Source: Tricharina praecox
Lineage: Eukaryota
Assembly: GCF_024521635.1 (NCBI RefSeq)
Contig: NW_026250405.1
Location: 310,001-374,000, forward strand
Length of the DNA: 64,000 nt
Direction: 5' to 3'
The translations under genes were made by a program, and so were the position numbers. Below, piece after piece: positions 10,560 to 23,050 of this stretch (its first letter is position 1; the number at the start of each line of letters is the position of its first letter). The notes below the pieces were generated by a model. That model was not told the origin of the DNA. It was given only the letters and a program-made list of their open reading frames with translations, and made no database searches.

Positions 10560-11920
10560 TATTCCTCGCTGTGGGAACGTGTTTATAATCACTCACTCGG
10601 AGTTCGAATGACTGCGTGTGAGGTTGAACATGTGTCGACACCTTGGAATGTAGCGGTGTTTGCTATGAAGCAAACTTTTAAGTCGCGGCTAGTGCGGTAG
10701 TAGTGGTTGCTTGGAATTTCGATTCTCACCCGCTTCACCTATAAAACCCTCCTTTCCTTCCCAACTCTTCCTCCAATTCTCCTTCCCCTATCCACTCATT
10801 TAACGTCTTCTCCTTCTTTCCCGTCCGGCACTAATTGTTGGTTCATGGTACTGACCTAGGATTATTTTAGTCAACATCAGCTTTTTCAACTACATCCTCA
10901 GTACGTCCTCTCTCCCTCCTCCACCTTGTCACAGCTTAATACTTACTTCTCTTCTTTATTCGTCAACAGAGGTCCTCCGCTGAATATTCCCCCTTCCTTC
11001 CTTCCTTCCCACCCACCCACCCTCCTTCCTTCCACCTAAGCCCGAGCTCAATCGTCGAGGTACGTTGTTCTCTCTCCCCCCAACGTTTAACTTCCAGGAT
11101 AACCTTACAGAGCTATCCTGCTCAGCCGTAGTAGCGAGGAACTGAGGGATCCGTGCAACCGGTCCACAAAGTAAACTGTTGCAAGAGACGGATCCAACCC
11201 TCGAGGCTGAGCAGAAAAGATCCAAGGACGGGGTTTTCTCTTGTGCTGCCGGCACAAGTTCTTTCCCCCTTCCTCCGGGGGTCCAAGTCGGTCAAGACTC
11301 GACTTGCCGACTTGCTCCCGTTGGATGGCCTCGCCGATACCGGGTGACAGACGGTCTCGTGACGGGGAAGAAAAAAATAAGAAGTATGACTTGGTTACTA
11401 TCCCCCCAAGTTATATGCGGAGGTTTTCTTCCTTTGCTGTGAGTCTGTGACAGCAAAGGTCTTTCCTCCTGGCCATGCATGTGTGAGAGACATGCATGGC
11501 CAAGGCCAGCTCCCCGAAACTGCGGGACAGACGGTTTCGGACGAGCAAACCAAAAAACCAAAGAAGTATAACTTAGGCCACTGTCCCCCCCTCAGGTTAT
11601 ACGCGTATAGCCTGGTTTACTACCCCCCCCCTCCCCCCCCAGGTTATACGCGGAGGTTTTCTTCTTTTTGAAGGTGTTTCCTCCGGCCATGCATGTGAAG
11701 CATGCATGGCCATTGGCCAAAATGTTGTTGCTCAGGCGGCAGTGCGAGACAACGACATTGGCTTTTTAGACGAGTGCACCTTCGAAACACAGCTGCTTCT
11801 CATGTCCCTGCTAGGTAGTTCCTAGTCGCTAACCGCGGTTATGCGGACGGTTCTTTTTCCCACAAACCTCCAGGCCGGAGACGGGATCCAGAGGGAAGCA
11901 CACACAGAAGAATGAGAAGA
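10560..11920 (+). repeat. Modular dispersed repeat, promoter plus hairpin core copy
   Basis: Core 11085-11850 is near-identical to 41360-42110 and to the reverse complement of 61560-62010. Confidence 0.92.
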
Positions 11921-11922
11921 TA

Positions 11923-12562
11923 AAGTACTAGGTCAAAATTTTCGTACGATGGCTGTTTTACACCAAAAATGCCCATTTTCAAGTAACCAAAACCCACCCT
12001 TCACGTGGCAGAAAAAAAGCGAGTCTTTCATAGAAGCTTTAGAATCGCATGATGCATCACATAGAAGAAGCCTGACGATTTTTGCTTCGTATTGGTGGCG
12101 CATGGTACGGTGTTGTGCACGGGTTGGAGAGTGATTTCAGATTTTGTATGGGGCCCCATACAAAATTATTGCGTGACAACCAGTTTCAACACCAACTTCT
12201 CTCCCATACGGCATTACTCAACCACCACCAGTTAGAATTATGTGCCAATTTCAATCGAGGTTCTCTACCTGATTTAGAAGACCTTCTAATGGTCCACATT
12301 TTTTTATACTATCTTATGGTTGCTGTATCTATGGCGGGAAATGACCTGCCTCGGTGAAAGGGAAATCCGCCAAGCCATCTACTTCGCATAAAATAATCCG
12401 CCTGGCGAACTGGAAATCTCATTGAAGCTTTATTAGTATATATTCATAATATATGCCAATTATTAGTACTCTCTTAAGTGTGGTTGTTGTGTTATAGAGA
12501 TATATGTCTGTGGTGTGGTGGCGCTTTTGGGGAGGTGTACGAAAACTTTTGACTTGGTACTT
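11923..12562. mobile_element. Tc1/mariner-type MITE (640 bp)
   Basis: Imperfect TIRs AAGTACTAGGTCAAAATTTTCGTAC / AAGTACCAAGTCAAAAGTTTTCGTAC with flanking TA. The empty site is visible at about 42712-42730. The interior is homologous to 19560-19800 in reverse. Confidence 0.8.
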
Positions 12563-13290
12563 TATAAAAGTTGATCGTCTATTCGGTAGATGATGGATGA
12601 GAGAAGAATGAGAGCGAACGACCAAGAGAGCAGACGACTCGCTGGACCCACCAATGTTGACGCTCCCTACTAACCACACAGGTACGGTTCCTCACTGCCG
12701 CCGACAAGTCCTGCTCTCGCCCACCGCTCCTCCATCGGTCCGCCAAAACGGCTACGAAGTATCGTGCCCCCCAACTACCCCCAAGTTATACCCTATATTT
12801 CCGGCGCTTTTAAATTTGTTACACCTCCCTCTGTGGACCCAATCTTAACTGTTGTAAAAAGGTTGGCAACGAGTGATTTCAAAAGCATTCGGCGAGTGGG
12901 CTCTTCCGCAGAGCAACTTAGGTAACTCAGTACAGTGTATCAGCTTGATCGATTGCAATCTCAATGCATGGACCATGGCTGCTTCTCAGCCTAGTTTATA
13001 GTACCCAAACACGGCTGGGTTACGAAGTACTGTGGCCCCCAACACTCCAAGTTCTATCAAATACTATTTTCCTCCTGGCCAGTATGTCCGAGAGGCATTG
13101 CCGCCTAAGCGGAATTTGGTTGATCTGGCCGCTGCGCGAGAGGATTATATCGGCGTAAATCGACTGCAGTCTCGACTCTCGATCCACGGGCCTCGGCTGC
13201 TTCTTGTGTCCCTGGTTCCTAGTTACCAACCACGGCTACGAAGTATCGGGGACCTCATTGGGATACTCCGTGTTCTATCAAATACTTCTC
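12563..13290 (+). repeat. Central module (12563-12730) and tandem ~190-bp subunits (12950-13290) of the modular repeat
   Basis: Matches 42720-42900, and the subunit GGCCGCTGCGCGAG..ATCCACGG.CTGCTTC..CAACCACGGCTACGAAGTATCG seen in other copies. Confidence 0.75.
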
Positions 13291-14009
13291 TTGTAATAAT
13301 TTTCCTTGCTACTGTGTCCTGAAACCGGAGTGGAAACGAATTCTTGCGATACCGGCGGTACTCAGTCCGATCGTGTCCGAGTGCTTTGCATGATCCGGGC
13401 TAACTGCTTAAGTAAGTAACCCTGCTCGCGATAGACGCCTTTACGCGATATGCTATTACCCGATCTACCATCTTATCAGGAACTACTATCATGGTAGAGT
13501 TATACCCATGTGGCAGTCCTCCTCGTCAGCGGTATAGTCGTGGTCCTCGGCATTATGCCGCAGCCCGGCCGTGCTGCGCCGCTGTTTTAACATCTTCCGA
13601 CATGGAGCTTGGAGAGAGTACAGGTCGGGAAGAGCCTTGTCAGTTACCGGTATTCTCGGCTACAGTGTGTGGGCGCAGCGTCGGATGACTACAGGGTTGA
13701 ATGCTGCCAGTGAGGAGACCGGGGGTTCTTGTTGGAGGCCTGTCGGTACATATGTATGAAGTGAAGAGGCGGGTGTCCGTCCGTCTCACACCGGTACTTA
13801 CATAGTCCGAGAGAGCGTAGAGAGCGAATCCATGATGCCCGAACTCCATGTAATCGAAGGCCTAGTAATAGTCTTCAACGCTCTTGCAGATTCATGCCCA
13901 CGCGGTGATACCTATCACTGCCAGCATGGCGTCGAGACATCGCCCTACTAGTACCGCTGCTCATAAGTATCCGCAGTCACGGAGCGATGGAGGGTCTTCC
14001 GGCGAGAGG

Positions 14010-14200
14010 AGCTGTCGGCGAGAGGAGGAAGTGAAGGAGAACTCCTGTCAGCGGGAGAAACCGAATGTGGTTAGCACTGGGCATCAGCGTTGGCTGGAAT
14101 CAACGTTGGCGGGCATGGCGGGGTCTTCGTCTTCTTCTTCTTCTTCTTTTCCTTCCTGCTCAAACATCATCTATCGAATAGACGGTCATCCCCATTCCCT
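14010..14200 (-). repeat. Inverted copy of the central module
   Basis: Reverse complement resembles 42722-42890 and 12570-12720 (CGTCTATTC..TAGA, (GAA)n, CTAACCACA). Confidence 0.6.
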
Positions 14201-17200
14201 CTATATCCTCTGTGTGCGCTTCATTTCTCGTCAGGCCTAGAGAGTCATTGGCAAAGAGCCCTCGCAACTCCGCCTCCTCCTCCATCACCGTCGTGGGCGC
14301 GCGTCCTTCCCTACGAGTCTACATAGGACTCTGGAACTTCCGACGTCTAACGACATCCGTCCGAGACCCAACCAGCCTCCCCCAAGTGTTGAATTGTCTC
14401 ATTGTGGCAAGCACCTGGGTGCATACGTGCCCGCCAACCCCAACCGCTCATCATCCGGGCAGAATTGCACGCGGGACCCCTTGGCCTAGGTTCTAGCCAA
14501 CCACACCGGCCGCCAGCCACCCGTCATCACTCTTGCTGCCCAGCATTGCCGAGAAATCTAGCCAGAGTGGATCTCGAGCGGAAAAGCCGGTGACCGAGAC
14601 CCCAGTCCTTTGCATCACGTCCGGTCCTACTAATATGGTCGATAGTGGCTGGTTCTGCACCCCATCATGCAATGCACCCCACACCGCTTTCGATTGGATC
14701 GTCTCCTAGCCGCACCGCCCACCGAGCCGGTCCTGCGCTATGAAAACCGGCGCTGCCGAGGGGTGCGGATATCGCATATATGATAGAGTAGCTGTGATAT
14801 CCGCAGGGGAGGTGGAAGAGAAGAAGGGGGCGGGGGGGGTTGGTGGTCAAGTCCCAGAGGCGAGAAACTGGTAGGTATTTAGGTGCCGGTAGTGAGTGAG
14901 CCGTTAGATTGATTGTTGAAGCCGCATAGGTAACCTGCCATCGGTCAGTCAGTCTCCCGGGCTCGAGACTCGAGTTCCCTGATCACAGACAATAACCCAT
15001 AGCCACTGTACCATGGCCCATGGGCTGATCGGGACAGCCCCATCCACAATCGCAAGGAAACGGCAGATCGAAACAGCATCCACAATCGCAAAGAACGGCA
15101 AAGCACTTAAAAAAGTCTACAGATCCACGCACATATATGGAGTGCATTGGGATCCAAGGCAGCCACACTGCCTACATACGCACAGAACTGATTCCTGATG
15201 TCTGCTGCGAAGTTTCAAGTGGGTTTAACGCAATCCTCGGCGTGCGTTTCATCCGCGGACCGGATCCCGGGGTTGCCCCGGTATTTACCCTGTGCGCGAA
15301 TACTGGTTGCAGATAAATGGACGAGCAGAAGGCAAGGAGCGATGGCCACTTCTGTCCTTGGAAATGGGCCGGCCAGCCACCGGTGGAGGGTGGGTGGGCT
15401 GGAGGGGAGGAAGTAGCTGGTACATACGAATAGGTACCTTTGGCCACTAAATCTGGCCGTAGATACTCTACTCTTTATGTACCGATGATTCTGGGGAGTC
15501 ACCTCGGGCAGGTCAGTCGCAATACATGTCACATGTGGAGGAGAATATTCGTCAAGCGTTGTTGGGTTCGTTCGGATGAGCGAACTTGAAGTTGGGTTCT
15601 TCCCCGCACTGAGCTAACCACGGCAGCCACATTCTTACTAACTACATCGGTGCTCTCGGCATGCAGTAGCCGTCCGAGCCGAGAAGTCTAACATGAATCT
15701 AGGTTGCATGGAACGGTTCCGATTCGATGGACTTTTAGCCGGAAGAGATCTCATCCGGGGGGCAGATCCCAACGCCCACTGCTAAGAGTACACACAATAT
15801 CACTCATCGCACGTGATGGCTCGCGTCACCAGCCACATTGATTGCGCGCGACCGAGCGGGCGAGCAACCTACATCATAGTCGGAAGGATGGGAACACGGA
15901 ATACAGCAATTTCTCAGCGCAGCGAGTAATACGTCTCCGATGCGGAGTCGCAGAGCTCTCCGACCCTCACCACCGATATCCTTCCGTCCGCATCCATTGC
16001 TCCGCGTATGTACTCGTACGCGTTCCTTTCGTCCGTTAATCAGGGGGTCGCGCAGCGCGCTGCATCCAACAACGGAATGCTGACACCCGGGATTCGAATC
16101 GGACTTTGGCGCGACCCGGGCTTGTGGGATTGGTGCTTCTCCAGACTCCAGGCCCCAGGGTTGCTAGCTATTGTGGGCCGATGATCTGTGGGGATTCGCT
16201 TGTTTATGCTGAATGCCTATGTGAGGTCCGCGTAAATTGTATGGTGGCTGGAAGTGATCAGATAGCCAGCCAGCCAGCCAAGTGCGCAAGAGCAAAAGCG
16301 ATAAGCAGATGTACTTGTTACCAGCCCCCAGTCGCGCCGCACCGCGGCATACATAGTGCTGCCTAGGCCTAGGACCGTCAACGTGATCGAAATGGTAGTG
16401 CGAGAGGTCAACGTCCATCCGCTACGGTATGTATATGGCCAACCCACACATCGCTTTTTCCGTCCTTTTCCCGGATGCACATTGGCCTTTCGCACTATGT
16501 ATTTTATGGCTTTCGACCGTACCATTCCTGCAATGTCGATCCGACCAACTTTCAGCGAATACCTAATACGTACGTCGTCTGTGGAAGACTGGTTACCTCC
16601 CGTATAGTACTGTACCAACGGCTGCACCCCCCCCCCCCCACCCCCCAAACCAACAAGTACCGTACCTATGTAGGTAGGCTGCTGCTCCATACGGACAATC
16701 TGGATCGAGCGCCACCGAGAGGAATCTGCATGGCAGCCATGAACCACCATGTCCACCCCCGGAGTCTGATCGTATGTAGCCATGGCTCTCTACTATGTAT
16801 CTATGTATATTGACAGCTGGCGTCCCCTAGCTCACCACCCCCAGCGAAATCCTGGCCCCCACATGTTTCTGCGGGCCATGCATTATAGTGTCTTCTCCGG
16901 ATTCACCACGCCACCAGCTCCCGGAACTACCCCACATACGTACTATTCTCCCACACATGCCGCTTCTCTATCTGGGCTAAGCGGGCGCGCGGACATGGCA
17001 GTTGTTGGATGGATGGATGGAGCTGTGGGCGAAACGCATGCGCAGCTCACTCAATCGACGCCCCGGGTCAGTGGAGGGGGGAAGGGGGACGGGGGACGTG
17101 CAATCCTGTGGATAAGACATGGATATGCAGCTACTATACGGTACACTCATACACTCGCTCGTACGCACGTACGGAGATTCCTCTTGCGTCTGGCGATTAT

Positions 17201-17350
17201 AATACATTCATACATCCCCCGCGTCGTACGTGTTTTTGGATCTCTAACCTCTGTCCATCAACTGTGCTTGCATCCCCCCAAGCCCTCAATCGCAACCTCC
17301 TCCACCGCCTCTCCCTTTACCTTCCTACACATCACAACCTGGCGAGTACG

Positions 17351-18445
17351 ATGACTCCCACCACCCTCGGAGCAGAAAAACAACACGGCAGCAGCACCGA
17401 CACGATCAGCAAGATGGACGGCGTACAACTGAGCCGCGGCGATACCATCACCATGACACCAGAGCTGTTCGAGAAGCTGTATTTCTCACCGCCAAACGTG
17501 GTCAAGGGAGACCTCCGAAAGACGTTTGCCAATCCTACACCAGTGTATGCATTCCTACCGGAACGAACTCCATGCTATGTGTATGTACCTAGTGTGCTGA
17601 TGCGGCGTGTTCATGCAGGGCCCTCGCTGGAATGTGTCTGACTTTGACACCACTGGCATGTCAACTCGTGGGCTGGCGAGGAGCGGACGGAAGCGGTTCT
17701 GCGAATAAGTATGTCCATCCTCTCTCCCCCACTCCTGCATCACTCGCGTGAAAAGGGTGTTGACTAGTTTGGTGTAGCGGTGTACACTTCTTCTGCGGAG
17801 GCCTCCTCATGTTGGTCGGCGGACTGTTCGAGTTCGTTCTGGGCAACACATTTTCGTTCGTGGTCTTCTGCTCATTCGGTATGCATCCATCCACCTGGCA
17901 ACGGTCTCCATCCTCCTGCAGCAAAAATACTAATAATCCACACAGCCGGCTTCTGGCTTTCCCTCGGCGCAACACTCGCCCCCGGCTTCGGTGCCATCTC
18001 CCCCTTCGTGACCGAAGCCGGTGTCGGCGTGGACTTCTACAACAGCTTTGGTACTACACGCCCCGTCCCTCCCCTCGCGCGCTCCTACTAACCTCCGCGC
18101 TTAGCGTTCTACTTCCTCTTCATGGGCCTCCTCAGCTTCATCTACCTGATCTGCTCAGTGCGAACGAACGTGTTGATGGTTGGGATATTCCTCGGGCTCA
18201 CGATCGCGTTCCCGCTGCTGACGGCGGCGTACTGGAACGTGGGCGAGGGCAACGCCGCCACGGCTGCAACACTCCAACACGGCGCGGGCGGCACCCTCCT
18301 AGTCGTCTCCGGCCTCGCTTGGTACGCCTTCTTGGCTGCTATGCTGCTCTCGGTCGACTTTCCCATTGATCTGCCGGTCGGCGATCTTAGTACTACTATC
18401 CGTGGGAAGAGTGATCGCGCGGCGAAGGAGCAGCGCGGCGAGTGA
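17351..18445 (+). CDS. Gpr1/Fun34/YaaH family (AlcS-like) acetate/ammonia transporter; exons 17351-17544, 17619-17708, 17778-17878, 17946-18050, 18105-18445
   Basis: Four GT-AG introns give a continuous frame with ELFEKLY, KTFANPTPVAL, EFVLGNTFSFVVFCSF, CSVRTN and LPVGDLS, typical of the family. Confidence 0.92.
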
Positions 18446-18904
18446 GATGCTGGGGGGGAAGCAAAAGGGTTTGGGGATTATTTTCTTCTCTTCCGCAGGG
18501 ATGCGGGAGGGCTTGCTACCACGAGGAGGGATAAAGAGGTCACTGTCTTTGCCGTGTATATATGTAGGGTGTAGTGTAGTGTATTGCAGTGTAGTGTACC
18601 TAGTTTAGTGTTTAGAATCATCACGAAGAACGACAACTTTCAAGTTACGACGACTTCACAATAATCCGTTACGCGGGCTAGTGATGTGTCCCAGTAGGTA
18701 GGACTACAAAGACGCGCGGCAATACTTTGTTTGGTATGTAGCGATACATCCAGCGAGCCGGTTACATACGCAAGGCGTGACTTTCCGAACTCCCACGCTG
18801 TAGAGTAGGTAGCATGCATACCAGAGCCGGCGACGCAATGCGCTATATACCTAGTTTGAATCATGGAATCTCACACGCTCTTAAGGGAAAACCAAACAGC
18901 GTCC

Positions 18905-20760
18905 TCACTCGGCGGCAGTTTTACTTTGCCGGCAGCGGAAGAGAAGAGCCCGACCTTTTCTGACGCCGGGAAGCAGCCGTGAATCGGGAGTGCAACCTGC
19001 CGTCGAAGCCGATATCATCCATTCGCACAGCGGCCAGAGCAGCAACATTTGACTTCGGTCATGTCCGTCACTCATGGCGAGGAGGGCATAATTATATGAT
19101 AGAACATGGAGTAGTATTGGCGGCCACGATACTTCGTCGCCTTGGTTGACGACCAAGAATCAGGGACACACCGGGAAGCAGCCGTGGATCGAGAGTGCAG
19201 AAGACTGCAGTCGATTCAGAAGCCGATGTCGTTGTCTCGCACAGCGGCCAGAGCAACAACATTTGGCCAATGGCGCATGCATCTCACTCCTGCATGGCTA
19301 GGAGGTAAGACCTTTACTCTGAAAGGAAGACGACCTCCGCGTGTAACATGGGGGTTAATAAACCACGTTATATGCGGATAACTTGGGGCGGTAGTAGACC
19401 AAGTTATACAGTACTAGGACAAAAAGGATTGGACAGTGCCCGTTTTACACCAAAAATGGCCATTTTCAGCCACCGCTACAACCACAACGTATCGAAAAAA
19501 ATCAGAGACCCTCGGGAGACCTCTATAACTACACCAAAAACGATATGAGAACTCCTCACGGAGTTCCGAACCGTTGTTGTGGAGCAATACCATACGGGGA
19601 AAAGTTAATGGTTGCCAAGTAGCTTTTTGTATGGGAGCCCCATACAAAATGTCATGTCATTTTTCAACTCCTGTATAATATGACGTCATATAGCCCTAAT
19701 CCGTGATGAAAGTCGTCAAAGTTTTTATTGATGAAGAAGCTTGTGATTCTAACGCTTCTGTGAAAGAGACGATTTTTTTCCACCAGGTGGAGGGTATGTT
19801 TGGGTGTAAAACGGGCTTTGTCCATTCCTTTTTGTCAGGGTACTTTACTTCTTTGGTTATTTATCTGCTCGTCCGAAACCGTCTGTAGCCCGGTTTCGGA
19901 GGCATGGGCCGTGGCCACGCATGTAGCATGTCTCTCACACATGACATACATGGCCAGGAGGAAAGACCTTTGCTCAATGCTCTCTCACAGCATTTCACAG
20001 CAAAGGAAGAAAATCTCCGCGTATAACCTGGGAGGGGGGTAGTAGACCAGGTTATACGCGTATAACTCGGAAGTTATACTTTCTTTGTTTTTGTCTTCCT
20101 CGTCAACACGAAACCGTCTGTCACCCGGTTTCGGAGAGGCCATCCTCCGGGAGCAAGTCGGCTCTCACCCGACTTAGACTCCCGGAGGAAGGGGGAAAGA
20201 ACTTCGCTGGCAGCAGAAGAGAAAACCCCATCCTTAGATCTTTTCTGCTCAGCCTCGAGGGTTGGATCCGTCTACTGTTGCTGAAACCGTCTACTTTGTA
20301 GACCGATTGCACGGATCCCTCAGTTCCTCGCTACTCCGGCTGAGCAGGATAACTGTGTAAGGTTATCCTGGAAGTATAAAGTTGGGAGGGGAGAGAACGA
20401 CGTACCTCGACGATTGAGCCCGGGCTCATGGAAGGAAGGAGGGAGGGTGGGTGGAAAGGAAGGAGCGATGGAGGGTGGGAAGGAAGGAGGAAGGATGAAT
20501 AGCCGAGGAGGAAAGGAAGCTGTGATGGTTGTAAAGAGAAGGAGAGAAGGAGGGGCAGAGGGGGGATGGTATTATAGCTATTTTTGGGCGGCTAGTTTAC
20601 ACTCAGTTTCGTCGCCGCCAGAGGGCTAGTCCCCACCAAAAAGTGCTTGGAACGACCGAGAAAACGTGACGTTCTAATTGCCGCAGACGGTCGATCACCT
20701 CGCACGCCGAATATCACACGCCTGAAAGCTAACCGTCCGTCTACATTCACTAGACCACGC
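18905..20760 (-). repeat. Modular dispersed repeat, minus-strand copy (contains a MITE)
   Basis: Reverse complement of 19850-20410 is closely similar to 54760-55300; 20400-20690 matches 62030-62340. Confidence 0.9.
19409..19845. mobile_element. Tc1/mariner-type MITE (437 bp) with TA target-site duplication
   Basis: 43-bp imperfect TIRs CAGTACTAGGACAAAAAGGATTGGACAGTGCCCGTTTTACACC / AAGTACCCTGACAAAAAGGAATGGACAAAGCCCGTTTTACACC. Removing it and one TA restores CCAAGTTATACTTCTTTGGTTATT, as seen at 43273-43296. Confidence 0.9.
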
Positions 20761-20817
20761 AGATCGAGTGATCAGCGGTGCAACTAATGTGCGACAAACT
20801 GAGCATCTTCTAAAGCT

Positions 20818-21210
20818 TTTTTTTGTTGATTCATTGATTTCATGCGACCTATCTAAATCATAGCAATATTATCTACCCGCACGTCCCCCCGTTTCCACGC
20901 CACTGCCCAACCCAACTTTGATCAGGCGGCCCGATGTGGCTTCCCTTGCCCTTCGCCCTGGCCTTTCCCGACAGTATGTGAGCGCACTAAGCAGAGGCAG
21001 CGCTAGCAAGAGGTAACGATCGTTCTTCCACCACGTCCGCCTCCACTGCTCGCTCCGCCCCCCGCACCCTCGAGTCGTCCCCCCCTCCATCGCAAGTCTC
21101 TGGTCCGCTATTCTACGTCGCTTGGATCCTCAGCTTCAGCTTCATCCTCTTCCTCCTCGGCATTGGCGCCCTTCTCCTCCTCCTCGACTCGCCTCAGCTC
21201 CAAAGCATAA
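20818..21210 (-). mobile_element. 5'-truncated non-LTR retrotransposon 3' end with A-tail
   Basis: Minus strand encodes acidic LELRRVEEEEKGANAEEEEDEAEAEDPSDVE*, followed by a 3' UTR ending ..ATAGGTCGCATGAAATCAATGAATCAAC(A)n. Confidence 0.72.
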
Positions 21211-21339
21211 CGAGTGACTGTACTATTTATGGCTCCGAGCGAGTGATGGGTGATGCACCCCGTGGCGTCTCCATGGCCGGTGCCCACTGCCTAGGGCAGC
21301 CGGTCGGCGGGAACCCGTGCCCTTTACAGGGTCAGTATG

Positions 21340-22280
21340 GCAGGAAAGAGTATTGAATAGAACATGGATTACCCCAATGGGGGGCCACGAGACTTCGTAG
21401 CCATGGTTGACGAATACTTAAAATCAGGGACACGCCGGGAAGCAGCTGTGGATCGAAAGCGTTGTCAATCAAGCGATAGGATCCTCTCGCGCACTGCAGC
21501 TGCCAGAGAAATAATACTTCGTAGCCGTGATTAAAGAATAGAGACTAGCTAAGGACACGGGAAGCAGCCGTGGATGGATATTCAAGAGAGAGAGATCTTC
21601 CTGTTTTATTTCGCATGCAGCCCCTTACTCTACTAGTATTATTGCAGCACACCGGCGGTGGTAGGCGACCGAGTGATTGGAAGTGAATCGCTGGCGGCGG
21701 TAGACCTCAGTGGACCGCCGTAGCTAGGTTTGTGGCCTCGGCACCAAGAGCTTACTTTTTGCCATTATCGCAAGGTATTCTTTGGGTACCCTCTCTTTTA
21801 TTTCCGTAGTATAGACTGTATTTACATGGTATCAATACAATTCACATTCATATCAACAATCCTCTCACGCCGCGGCCAGAAGAGCAGCAACAATCATAGC
21901 TGTCATTGATGACTAAGTAGCATCCGGCAGTGGACCGCAACACTGGAAGTAGCCGTCAATCACGAGTGCAGTCAATTACGCCGATACTCCATACCCTTCG
22001 CCGAACGACGGCCAAGTTGCAACTATCGGAGAAGATTGAGTTCTCCGCTGAGTCAGCACTTTTGCCACTTGGTACGCCGACTGCTACCGGCCGCAGCAGC
22101 AACTAACTCACCCACACACCAAGTCAATGTCGCTGTCTCGCACAGCGGCCAGAGCAACAACATTAGGAGGAAAGACCTTTGCCCGTCGTTCACAGGAAAG
22201 GAAGAAAACCTCCGCGTATAACTTGGTAAAACAAGTTATACTTCTTTAATAGCTCTGTAAGGTTATCCTGGAAGTAAACA
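21340..22280 (-). repeat. Degraded mosaic of modular-repeat subunits
   Basis: CAGGGACACGCCGGGAAGCAGC subunits; 21950-22160 matches 61200-61400. Confidence 0.75.
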
Positions 22281-22489
22281 GAGGGTGGGTTTATATTACT
22301 CAACCATATCAGGGAATATGGGAATCGGCGGATTCTTCCAGTCGTTGAGAAAGCCGATCAGGCCTAGGAATGGTCCGTCCAGTCTGTCCTGGGCCATCCG
22401 CCGCACGGGACCTAATTTATTAGGCCCGGAATATCAAGGACTTACTAGGTGACCGGGCAAGCCAGCGGAGGATCTAAGCCCTGTTGCCG

Positions 22490-23050
22490 AATAGAGAAGA
22501 CAAGTAAGTATTAAGCTAAGCGGACGGGGTGGAGGAGGGAGAGAGGACGTACCGAAACAAGTAAAACACGTCGTCGCTTATTACTGTGCCATTACAGCCA
22601 GTATCCCTAGTGTCGGTTTCTCCCTAGTATCTGTTTCAGACAGTGAAAAATACCTAAAGTCAGCAGCATGAACCATCAAATAGTGGGACGGGAAAGAAGG
22701 AGAAGAAGTTAATGAGTGGAGGGGAGAGGAGAAAGGGAGGAAGAGTTGGGAGGAAAGGTGTGATTTTAGAGGTGAAGCGAGTGCGATTTCACGCAACCAC
22801 AACTAGCGCACTAGCCGCGACTCAAAAGTTTGCTTTTCAGTAGACAACCGCTTCATTCGAAGGTGTCGACACATGTTCGACATCAACGCAATCATTCGAG
22901 TGCCGAGTGAGTGATTATGAACAAGTTCCCACAGCGCGGAATAGCAACAAACGTGCATGCAATTACTGACTAAACAAAAACAAAAAAAAGAATAGCGACA
23001 AACGCGAGCTGGTGGCGAGTACGTCTGTTACTTTCCACATGAAGCCCTCC
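22490..23050 (-). repeat. Promoter module of the modular repeat
   Basis: Reverse complement matches 9590-9680 plus 10560-10970, and 54215-54710. Confidence 0.85.

Noticed and set aside
11153..11671. Recurrent short ORFs in the repeat core (e.g. MQETDPTLEAEQ.., MCCRHKFFPP..)
   Set aside because: They recur only because the DNA is repeated. Indels shift frames between copies, most use non-ATG starts, and no domain is recognisable.
16075..16125. GATTCGAATCCC T-loop-like motif on the minus strand
   Set aside because: No cloverleaf or A box.
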